Origin: Gemmatimonadota bacterium
Lineage (GTDB): Bacteria; Gemmatimonadota; Gemmatimonadetes; Gemmatimonadales; GWC2-71-9
Length of the DNA stretch: 64,000 nt
Direction: 5' to 3'
NCBI GenBank assembly: GCA_003223415.1
Contig: QHUY01000015.1
Location: forward strand, 14,115 to 78,114
How positions within the stretch are numbered: position 1 is the first letter of the stretch; each line of letters opens with the position of its first letter. The notes under the pieces were generated by a model, which saw nothing but the letters and a program-made list of their open reading frames with translations, had not been told where the DNA came from and did not search any database. Positions 52,625 to 61,645 of the stretch are shown piece by piece. A program made the translations under genes and the position numbers.

Positions 52625-53875
52625 TCAGCGGATCTGCGCGACAAACTGAAGCGTGCCCGTGTTATTCGGAGCCGAGGAGCTGAGCGGGTTCTGCAAGCGC
52701 CAGCGGACGCGATTGACGCAGCGGTCGTAGCCGGCCGGCGCGCTGCACGCGCCGCTGGCCGGAACGTACGTCCACGTCGCGCCGCCGTTGTTCGAGTAAT
52801 CGACCACGACCGACACACCGGCGGGCAGCGTGCTCACGACGCTGCCCACCTGGAACTGGACCGCGGCGGGAAGCGTATCCACGACCACGACGCTCGCGGC
52901 GTTGCTGCTGCCGATGTTGCTGATGGCGACCGTATACGCCAGGTTCGCGCCAGGCAGCTGGGTGCCGCCGGGACTCACGCTCTTGGCGATCGTCATGGTC
53001 GGCCGCACCACGGTGAGCGTCAGCTTCCCGGTGTCCGCTGTCGCCGGACTCCCGACCGCGCGGGCCTTGAAGACGAGAGTGTCCTTCGTTCCCGACGCCG
53101 CCATGGCCACGGCATACGTCACAGTGGCGATGGCGGAGCTGCCCGCCACGAGGCTCGTCAGGCGGGCACTGTCGGGGTTGGCGCCCTGCGTGATCCCCGG
53201 GCCGGCGATCGAGACGGTCGTGAGCACCGTGCCGGGCCGCCTCGCCGTCAGCAGATCGTAGCTAGTCAAGCCGTTGCCGGTGTTCGTCACCGTGAAGGCC
53301 GCCGTGTAGTTGACGCCGTTGCTCGGCAGCTGGCTGGCGGTCGCAGCGTGCGGGCTCACCGTCACGGTGAACACCTTCGCCACGATCGTCTTGGTGCGGG
53401 CGTCGGTTGCGACGACGGCGCCGCTGGGGCCGCCGGTGATCAGCCCCAGGCGGCTCGCTGCGGACGGGGCGGTGAAGTTCGTGAAGTTGAGCCCGGAGAC
53501 CGTGATCTGCTCGCCATTCCCGAAGTTCGTGGTGACGTTCATGAAGAGATCCAGGTTGCCGTTCGCATAGCTCACGCTCGTCGAGACCTTGCCTGCGGCC
53601 GAGCCCGTGATCGTCGCGGTCGTGAAGGTGGGGTCCCACGTCATGTTCAGGCCCGCCGGAATCCGCACGCGGATGTCGGTGCTCGCCTTGATTTGGCCGC
53701 CGGAAGTTGCTGTGATGGTGATCGGGCTCATCGCTGTGCTCGGATCGCCCACCACGAAGGTCTGATTGGCAGCCGAGGAAATCGTCTGCGCGGCGAGGGG
53801 GGCGGGGCACACCGTCGCCCCGACGCCGAGGCAGGCGAGCAGGATGCCCGCGCTGAGCGAGAGCTGGGTCTTCAT
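52625..53875 (-). CDS. Secreted DUF11-repeat protein A (416 aa)
   Basis: Start taken at MKTQLSLSAGILLACLGVG...AAQ. C-terminal DUF11 unit (PGANLAYTVAISNIGSSNAASVVVVDTLPAAVQF). Its central domain is paralogous to protein B. Confidence 0.8.
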   Translation of the reverse strand: MKTQLSLSAGILLACLGVGATVCPAPLAAQTISSAANQTFVVGDPSTAMSPITITATSGGQIKASTDIRVRIPAGLNMTWDPTFTTATITGSAAGKVSTSVSYANGNLDLFMNVTTNFGNGEQITVSGLNFTNFTAPSAASRLGLITGGPSGAVVATDARTKTIVAKVFTVTVSPHAATASQLPSNGVNYTAAFTVTNTGNGLTSYDLLTARRPGTVLTTVSIAGPGITQGANPDSARLTSLVAGSSAIATVTYAVAMAASGTKDTLVFKARAVGSPATADTGKLTLTVVRPTMTIAKSVSPGGTQLPGANLAYTVAISNIGSSNAASVVVVDTLPAAVQFQVGSVVSTLPAGVSVVVDYSNNGGATWTYVPASGACSAPAGYDRCVNRVRWRLQNPLSSSAPNNTGTLQFVAQIR

Positions 53876-53891
53876 GTCACCCGGACCAAGC

Positions 53892-53906
53892 GCAAGCGCT
53901 GTGCCC
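53892..53906 (-). promoter_or_regulatory. Candidate sigma-54 promoter (GGCAC-N5-TTGC)
   Basis: The minus strand reads GGGCACAGCGCTTGC. This matches TGGCACG-N4-TTGC at all invariant positions with exact spacing, 16 nt before the ATG at 53875. Confidence 0.5.
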
Positions 53907-53951
53907 ACCGCTCTAGGATGCAGCCGTAGTTAGGCCAACGAGTTAGCAACC

Positions 53952-53984
53952 GGTTACGTGATCTTCGGTTACCGTGCGGTAACC
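53952..53984. promoter_or_regulatory. GGTTAC ... GGTTACC-GTGC-GGTAACC palindrome cluster (candidate enhancer, or hairpin after the EBP gene)
   Basis: Perfect 7-bp palindrome with a 4-nt spacer plus a third half-site. It lies in the 85-nt gap between the EBP stop and the promoter candidate. Confidence 0.35.
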
Positions 53985-53993
53985 ACGGCGGTA

Positions 53994-55409
<1,416 letters not shown>

Positions 55410-55472
55410 CGGTCCGATATTTGTCCCGCGCCCCGCTAATATTGGCGACCGCAACGCGCGGAGCCAGGACCT

Positions 55473-55844
55473 ATGGCCGGCACCTTCCGGGCTCTGATCA
55501 TCGATGACGACCGCGACCTCCTCTTGCTCGTACGCAAGACGCTCGAGTTCATGGCGGGGTGGGAAGTCGTGACGGCGGCCTCGGGCGCCGCGGGGATCGA
55601 GCTGGCCCGGAGCGCCGCTCCGAACGTGGTCTTGGTGGACGTGATGATGCCCGAGATGGACGGCTACGAGGTGTGCCGGCGCCTCAAGGCGGAACCCGCG
55701 ACCGCCGGCGTCCCCATCGTTTTGCTGACGGCCCGCCGCGACCTCGATCAGCGCCAGCTCACGGCGGCGGGGGCAGCCGGCGTGCTGTTCAAGCCGTTCC
55801 AGCCGGATCAGCTGGCCCGTCAGCTCCGCGAGTTGTGCCCGTGA
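55473..55844 (+). CDS. Single-domain response-regulator receiver
   Basis: ALIIDDD...VLVDVMMPEMDG...FKP. 123 aa. Confidence 0.85.
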   Translation: MAGTFRALIIDDDRDLLLLVRKTLEFMAGWEVVTAASGAAGIELARSAAPNVVLVDVMMPEMDGYEVCRRLKAEPATAGVPIVLLTARRDLDQRQLTAAGAAGVLFKPFQPDQLARQLRELCP

Positions 55845-58570
55845 CCGCGGCCGATCCCCTCAGCGAAGTCCGGGCCGAGTTCGCGGCCGGGCTGGGGCAG
55901 CGGATCCAGACGATGCGGGCGGTGCTGGAGCGACTGGAGCACGGCTTCCAGCGCGAGGACGCGGAGGCCCTGTACCGCGCCGCCCATTCTTTGACCGGGA
56001 CGGCCGGGAGTTTCGGCGCCGATGGGCTCGCGCACGTAGCGGGCGATCTCGAGGGCCTGGCGCGCAGCTGGCTGGAGCACGGGGACTCGTCGCCTGAGGA
56101 GTGGCGCGTGGCCGCCGCGGCCATCGGGGAGCTCGACCTCGCCGCACGTGAATACCGCGCCACCGTGCAGTCGGGCACTGCCCGGTCGTCGGCAGCCCGC
56201 CTCGCGGTCGTGGGGGAGCTCTCGTCCCTGATCCACGCCGCCGTGGACATGCGCGAGATCTTCCAGGGCGCGATCCAGAAGGTCCAGCGGGTGCTCGACT
56301 TCCGGCGGGCCAGCGTAGTGCTCATCGACGAGGCGGCGACGCACTACTACGTCCACACGCTGTACGACCGGGCGCGCGGCGGGTTCGTCCCGGGGGAAGC
56401 GGTGTTCTCGGTCGCGCAGGGCGTGACGGGCGAGGCGATCCGCACGGGGCGACCGATCCGCGTGGACTCGCTGCCGGGCACTGAGGGCATCCTGCTGCAG
56501 GAAGGGAAGCGCGTCTCGGCGATGATTGTGCCGTTGCACGTCGGTGACCGCGTGATCGGCGCACTGAATTTCGGGCACGAAGACGCGGGTCATTACACGG
56601 AGGACGACCTCGATTGGGCGGTCGTCCTGGGCCGGCAGATCGAGACCTCACTCTACTATTCCAAGCTGCTCAGCACCATCGCGCAGCAGCGCGAGGCCCT
56701 GGCGCGGGAGCACGCGGCCATGCAGGCCCAGCGGAACCAGCTGGAGGCGCTGATCGACGCCAGTGACGCCGCGATCATGCTGGTCGGGCCCGATCGCCGG
56801 ATCGCCTACGCGAATGCCGAGATGGCCAAGCTGGTGGGGATTCCCCGGGAGGCCGTGCTCGGAGCGAGCCTGGAGAGCCTGCACCGCTTCTTCGCGGGGT
56901 CCTTCGTCGATCCGGCTGCGCTCGCCGCTCAGGGGGAGGCCCTGGCGGGCGAGGCAACGCTGCGCGACCGCGTGGACCTCGCGTTCCCCCGGCGGGCGGT
57001 TTATCAGCGCGAGGTGGCGCCCGTGCGGGACCGCGGCGGGGCGCTGCTCGGGCATATCGTGCTGTACCGGGACGTGACCCACGAAGTGGAGGTCGAGCGC
57101 GCGAAGTCCGAGTTCGTCTCCGTGGTCAGCCACGAGCTCCGCACCCCGATGACGTCGGTGAAGACGTCGTTGGCCCTGTTGCTCGCCGGGGCCGGCGGAC
57201 CCCTGGAGGCCGCCCCGAGAGAGCTGCTCGAGATCGCCCTGCGCAACGCCGACCGCCTGATCCGGTTGGTGAACGATCTCCTCGACCTCTCGCGCCTCGA
57301 GGCTGGGCGCATGGAGTTCCGGCTCGAGCCCGTGTCGCTCGAGGACAGCGTGGCGGCCGGGCTGGAGACAGTGGCGGCGTTCGCCGACGAACAGGGGGTG
57401 ACGCTCACCACCGGGCCGTCCGCTGAGCCGCAGGTCGTGCTGGGCGTGCGCGATCGCGTGCTGCAGGTGTTCGTCAACCTCCTCGCGAACGCGATCAAGT
57501 TCTCGCCCCGTGGCGGCCTGGTGGAGGTGCGGTGGTGGCGCGAGGACGACTGCGCCGTAACTCGCATCTCGGATCAGGGGCCGGGGATCCCGCCCGACAA
57601 GCTCGGCGTCATCTTCGAGCCGTTCACACAGCTCGACAGCTCGACGACGCGGGAGCACGGCGGCGCGGGCCTCGGCCTCACGATCACCCACCGCATCGTC
57701 GACGCGCTCGGCGGCGCTGTGTGGGCGGAGAGCGAGGTCGGGAGCGGAGCACGGTTCTTCGTCCGCTTGCCGCTGGCTTCGCCGCAGCAGCTCGTCCAGC
57801 CACCGGCCGCGACCGCCGCGCCCACGCCAGTAGAAGCCACGGTGCTCCTCGTGCACGGCGACTCGGACTGGCGGCGCCTGGCCGCGGCGCGCCTGGCGGC
57901 CGAGGGCTGGCGCGTCACGCCGGTCGCGACCGGTGGTGAAGCGCTGGCCTGCTTGGACCAACAGCCTGTGGACCTCGTCCTCGCAGCGCTGGAGCTGCCG
58001 GACATGCACGGGCTGGACTTCGTCCAGCGGCTCCGCCGGGGGACAGCGACGTTCGACACCCCCGTGCTGGTCGTGTCCGACGCGGAAGTGAGCGCCGCGA
58101 CTCTCGAGTACGGCGCTGAGGAATGGGTACCGGCGGACCCGCAAGAGCTGATCGGTCCGGCTCGACGGCTGCTGTCGGCCGGCGGAGGGAGGAGGGGAAG
58201 GGGGCGACCCGTCGTGCTGCTGGTCGAGGACGACCCGGCGGTGCGTGACGCCTTGACTAAGATGTTGCGCCGGGCCGGCTACGTGTGCCTAGGAGTGAGC
58301 GACGCCGCCGCCGGCCTCGCATTCGTGCGCAGCCGCCGACCGAGCCTGATCATCACCGACCTCCAGATGGCAGGCATGGACGGCCTGGCCTTCCTCGAGG
58401 AAGTGCGCCGCCAGCCGGAGTTGCGCGACGTGCCGGCGATCTTGCTGAGCGCCCACGGGGCCGAGGCCGCGTCCGAGCGGGTGCGCCGACTCGGCGCGCA
58501 TTTTGTCGCGAAGCCGTTCGACACCGAGGCACTTCTCGACCAGGTCCGCGACATGGCGACGAAGCCCTAG
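55841..58570 (+). CDS. Hybrid sensor histidine kinase (Hpt-GAF-PAS-HisKA-HATPase-REC-REC)
   Basis: Hpt AAHSLTGTAGSFG, GAF-like segment, PAS-like segment, H-box SHELRTPMTS, N-box NLLANAIKFS, G-boxes DQGPGIP and GGAGLGLTI, then two receiver domains. GTGA overlap with the upstream receiver gene. Confidence 0.9.
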   Translation: MTAADPLSEVRAEFAAGLGQRIQTMRAVLERLEHGFQREDAEALYRAAHSLTGTAGSFGADGLAHVAGDLEGLARSWLEHGDSSPEEWRVAAAAIGELDLAAREYRATVQSGTARSSAARLAVVGELSSLIHAAVDMREIFQGAIQKVQRVLDFRRASVVLIDEAATHYYVHTLYDRARGGFVPGEAVFSVAQGVTGEAIRTGRPIRVDSLPGTEGILLQEGKRVSAMIVPLHVGDRVIGALNFGHEDAGHYTEDDLDWAVVLGRQIETSLYYSKLLSTIAQQREALAREHAAMQAQRNQLEALIDASDAAIMLVGPDRRIAYANAEMAKLVGIPREAVLGASLESLHRFFAGSFVDPAALAAQGEALAGEATLRDRVDLAFPRRAVYQREVAPVRDRGGALLGHIVLYRDVTHEVEVERAKSEFVSVVSHELRTPMTSVKTSLALLLAGAGGPLEAAPRELLEIALRNADRLIRLVNDLLDLSRLEAGRMEFRLEPVSLEDSVAAGLETVAAFADEQGVTLTTGPSAEPQVVLGVRDRVLQVFVNLLANAIKFSPRGGLVEVRWWREDDCAVTRISDQGPGIPPDKLGVIFEPFTQLDSSTTREHGGAGLGLTITHRIVDALGGAVWAESEVGSGARFFVRLPLASPQQLVQPPAATAAPTPVEATVLLVHGDSDWRRLAAARLAAEGWRVTPVATGGEALACLDQQPVDLVLAALELPDMHGLDFVQRLRRGTATFDTPVLVVSDAEVSAATLEYGAEEWVPADPQELIGPARRLLSAGGGRRGRGRPVVLLVEDDPAVRDALTKMLRRAGYVCLGVSDAAAGLAFVRSRRPSLIITDLQMAGMDGLAFLEEVRRQPELRDVPAILLSAHGAEAASERVRRLGAHFVAKPFDTEALLDQVRDMATKP

Positions 58571-58621
58571 CGGACTGGCTCAAAGCGGCCGCACGCGTCA
58601 AGTCGTGCGGTCCTCCCACCG

Positions 58622-58722
58622 CGGCGCGGGCTCACGCTGGGGGCAGAGCGCTGCTCTTAGCGGCGGGCTACACGCGAACATGCATCGGCTCGTGGAGCAG
58701 CCGACGCTGCAGGGTGGGATGG
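58622..58722. repeat. Right copy of the approx 100-nt imperfect direct repeat (left copy at 44559..44660)
   Basis: It contains a dead copy of the YaiO-like C-terminus (…RRGLTLGAERCS-stop versus RRGLTLGAERRL-stop, with TAG at the aligned position). It also contains the functional 3' end of the membrane-protein gene on the opposite strand. Confidence 0.85.
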
Positions 58723-59630
58723 GTGCGCCACACCTGCCAGCCCATCGCGAGCACGGCGAGGAGGTTCCCGACCGCCACCGACCACCAGCCGATCGTCCCC
58801 AGCACCCATTCTGCTCCGACCGCCAGTGTGGCGACGACCAACGCCTCGAGCACGATGAACGCAAGCACCACGAGGAACGCCATGGCGGGGACCCGCTCGA
58901 CGTGCTCCGCGAGCGCGACCAGCGCGACGCCGGCCACGACGAACGCGGCGAAGTGGACCACCGTGTAAGTCGCCACCAACCCAAGACTGACCGACACGTC
59001 GGCCGGCCCCGCGGCGCCGAGCAGCAGCGCTGAGCCCAGCGCGGCAGGGGTGTGCAGCGGCGCGCCAGCGACGAGGTCGCGGACGAAAAACCACGCCGCG
59101 ACGACGACCGCGCCGACGAGCCCGGTGACGAGTCCCTTCATCACCACCGGACGCTGCTGCAGCGCGGCCAGCCCGAACGGCCGCGGGTCCCGCTCCGCCC
59201 GGTGCAAGTAGCTCATGAGGACGAGCCCCGAGGCGATGTTGGCCCCGAACACATGCGGCCACGGGACGACATCGAGGTGCGGCGCGCCGGACAGGAGGAG
59301 CCCCATGTAAAACACGACTTCCTGGAGCACCAGGCCGAATACCACGCTGAGCAGCAGCCGGGGCGGTGCGGCGAACGCCGCGCTCACCCAGGCCATCGCC
59401 ACTCCCAGCAGCGCGAAGACGCCGAAGTGGAGCACCGAATACGTGGCAACGAGGCGGAACGTCGCCTGAGGGAACTCGCGGTGGAGCAGCACGCCCGCGA
59501 GCAGCGTCGGGGTGCGGAACGGATGGCCGACGAAAAGGTCCACCACCAAGAACCAGAGCGCCACCACCAGCCCCGCCAGGATCCCCCCCGTCACGCCCTG
59601 GACGATCAATGCCTGCACGGGTCGCCTCAT
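58668..59630 (-). CDS. Polytopic membrane protein with internal two-fold duplication
   Basis: Two homologous halves (VQGVTGGILAGLVVALWFLVVDLFVGHPFRTP... and MKGLVTGLVGAVVVAAWFFVRDLVAGAPLHTP...). Approx 8 TM helices. Confidence 0.6.
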   Translation of the reverse strand: MRRPVQALIVQGVTGGILAGLVVALWFLVVDLFVGHPFRTPTLLAGVLLHREFPQATFRLVATYSVLHFGVFALLGVAMAWVSAAFAAPPRLLLSVVFGLVLQEVVFYMGLLLSGAPHLDVVPWPHVFGANIASGLVLMSYLHRAERDPRPFGLAALQQRPVVMKGLVTGLVGAVVVAAWFFVRDLVAGAPLHTPAALGSALLLGAAGPADVSVSLGLVATYTVVHFAAFVVAGVALVALAEHVERVPAMAFLVVLAFIVLEALVVATLAVGAEWVLGTIGWWSVAVGNLLAVLAMGWQVWRTHPTLQRRLLHEPMHVRV

Positions 59631-59689
59631 GATTCTCGACCTCCTGCGAAGGCGGCTGTCGTCAATATGGCACCGGAGTCGGCTGCTCG

Positions 59690-59798
59690 GCTAGCGCCGT
59701 TCCAACCATTTCCCCGAGTCCGGTGACACTCGTGCGGACGAGGATTCAACTCGATGAGCGAAGCATGCCTAGTCCCATTAAGTTGGAACGGCGCTAGC
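59690..59798. repeat. Perfect 17-bp inverted repeat flanking a 75-nt lower-GC core
   Basis: GCTAGCGCCGTTCCAAC at 59690-59706 and GTTGGAACGGCGCTAGC at 59782-59798. The right arm covers the dipeptidase stop codon. Confidence 0.7.
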
Positions 59799-61050
59799 GC
59801 TCGGCCCTCAGCTCCGCCGCGACGCGCTCCACGGCTCGCATGACCCGGAGGCAGTTCTGCCCCGCCACTTTCTTGACGTCCAGATCCGTCCAACCGCGTC
59901 GCAGTAGCTCCGCGATCAGATCGGGGAACTTCGACACGTCTTCGAGGCCAGCCGGCACCTCGGTGATCCCGTCGAAGTCGGAGCCCAGTCCGACGTGGTC
60001 GATCCCGGCAATGTCCCGGATGTGCTGGATGTGGTCGGCGACCTGCTGCGCGGTCGCCTTGGGGCCCCGGGTCATCCATGCCTTCAGCGAGTCGGCGCGC
60101 GTCGCGGAGTCCGCTCCGGAGGCGCGCAGGGCGCGCGCCCAAGCCCCCACACTGTCACCGTACGCCCGCACCGCCTCGGACACGAAGCCCGGGTTGAAGT
60201 TCACCATCACCACGCCCCCGTTGGCCGGCACGAGTCTCAGAATCGAGTCGGGCACGTCGCGCGTGTGGTTGGTGAGGGCGCGGGCCGAGGAGTGCGAGAA
60301 CATCACAGGGGCGCGCGACGTGTGGAGCGCGTCGGACATCGTCATGTCGTTCACGTGCGATAGATCGACCAGCATCCCGAGCCGGTTCATCTCAAGCACC
60401 ACTTGCTTGCCGAACGGTGAGAGTCCGCGGCGCGCCGTGTCGGTCGACGCCACCGCCCAGTCGAGGCTGCGCCAGTGGGTGAGCGTGATATAGCGGACGC
60501 CGAGGTCGTAGAACATCCGCAGGGCGCCGAGCGAGTTCTCGATCGCGTGGCCGCCTTCGATGCCGATCAAGCAAGAGAACTTGCCCGCGGCGAAATTGCG
60601 CTGCACGTCCGCCGCGGTATAAGCCATCGCCATGCTGCGCGAGTACTTGGCGCAGAGCCGATGGATCAGGTCGATCTGCTCGAGAGCGTACACGGCCGGG
60701 TGGGGCCCGGAGTCCATCGTCGTCACCGGCACATAGGCGGCCCAGAACTGCCCGCCCATTTCGCCCGCGCGGATCCTGGGGAGGTCCGTCATCAGCTTCG
60801 GCTGCGGCACGCTGAAGTCCACCGAGTCGAGGCCGCCGCGCTCGCGGATCGCGTCGGGGATGTCGTTGTGCCCGTCGATCAACGGCACGGTCTTGAGCAA
60901 GGCGAGGGCGCGGGCGCGGTAGTCGACGGCTGCAACACGCGGCTTGGTGACTCCAGCCTGGGCGGTCAGGCGCACGGGTGGTCCGGCGGTCAGAAGGAAC
61001 GCCGCCAGAACGACCGCCAGACCGCCTGACCGCCCGACCGCCTGCGTCAT
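59794..61050 (-). CDS. M19-family membrane dipeptidase
   Basis: PLIDGHNDIP and later conserved His/Asp blocks (HVNDMT, FSHSSAR, GLGSDFDG). Start at MTQAVGRS..., with a signal peptide ending ...LTAQAG. The upstream part of ORF 59794..61368 is rejected. Confidence 0.85.
   Translation of the reverse strand: MTQAVGRSGGLAVVLAAFLLTAGPPVRLTAQAGVTKPRVAAVDYRARALALLKTVPLIDGHNDIPDAIRERGGLDSVDFSVPQPKLMTDLPRIRAGEMGGQFWAAYVPVTTMDSGPHPAVYALEQIDLIHRLCAKYSRSMAMAYTAADVQRNFAAGKFSCLIGIEGGHAIENSLGALRMFYDLGVRYITLTHWRSLDWAVASTDTARRGLSPFGKQVVLEMNRLGMLVDLSHVNDMTMSDALHTSRAPVMFSHSSARALTNHTRDVPDSILRLVPANGGVVMVNFNPGFVSEAVRAYGDSVGAWARALRASGADSATRADSLKAWMTRGPKATAQQVADHIQHIRDIAGIDHVGLGSDFDGITEVPAGLEDVSKFPDLIAELLRRGWTDLDVKKVAGQNCLRVMRAVERVAAELRAER
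61011..61042. repeat. Tandem 8-mer array (CGACCGCC AGACCGCC TGACCGCC CGACCGCC)
   Basis: Read directly. It lies in the first codons (signal peptide) of the dipeptidase gene. Confidence 0.9.
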
Positions 61051-61123
61051 TGCGTCCTCGTAGCTGAGTGGGAGCCGAAAGCTGCCGTCGCATCCCCTCC
61101 CCGGCAAGATTAGGTTTCCATTC

Positions 61124-61645
61124 ATGACCGATCCCAAGGTCACCATCGCGTTCGAGCTGAACGGTGAGCTGACTGAGGTCGCGTTCGCGCCGCACAAGAC
61201 GCTGCTCGAGGTCCTGCGGGAGGACTGCGGCCTTACGGGCACCAAGCACGGGTGTGAGCTGGGCGAGTGCGGCACCTGCGCCGTGTTGCTGGACGACCAG
61301 CCGGTGCTCTCCTGTCTCGCGCTCGGCCTGGCCTGTTCGGGCCGCCGCGTCAAAACGGTCGAGGGCATGGCCGCGGGTGGACGCCTGCACCCGCTGCAGG
61401 AAGCGTTCGCCGAGCTTGGCGCGGCGCAGTGCGGCTACTGCACGCCGGCGTTCCTGCTCACCGCCGAGGCGCTGCTCGCGGGGAACCGCACGCCGACGCG
61501 CGACGAGATCAAGCAGGCGCTGGCCGGCAACCTCTGCCGCTGCACCGGCTACATCAAGATCTACGAGGCGGTCGAGCTGGCGGCCGCACGGATGCGGGGG
61601 GAGGCCGCGGCGCCGGCGGACGAGAGCGTGTATGGCCGGCGCTAA
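61124..61645 (+). CDS. [2Fe-2S]-binding small subunit of a xanthine-dehydrogenase-family molybdoenzyme
   Basis: CELGECGTCAV...C, CGYCTP and CRCTGY cysteine clusters. Confidence 0.9.
   Translation: MTDPKVTIAFELNGELTEVAFAPHKTLLEVLREDCGLTGTKHGCELGECGTCAVLLDDQPVLSCLALGLACSGRRVKTVEGMAAGGRLHPLQEAFAELGAAQCGYCTPAFLLTAEALLAGNRTPTRDEIKQALAGNLCRCTGYIKIYEAVELAAARMRGEAAAPADESVYGRR

Noticed and set aside
55436-55441. TAATAT and neighbouring AATATT/GATATT boxes in the EBP/receiver divergent region as sigma-70 -10 elements.
   Set aside because: They are plausible, but no matching -35 lies at proper spacing, and the promoter consensus for this lineage is unknown to me. They are mentioned only here.
59745-59765. 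Hammerhead-ribozyme-like string CTCGATGAGCGAAGC.
   Set aside because: It resembles the CUGAUGA...GAAA core, but there is no room for stem II and no matching stems I/III or cleavage-site context.
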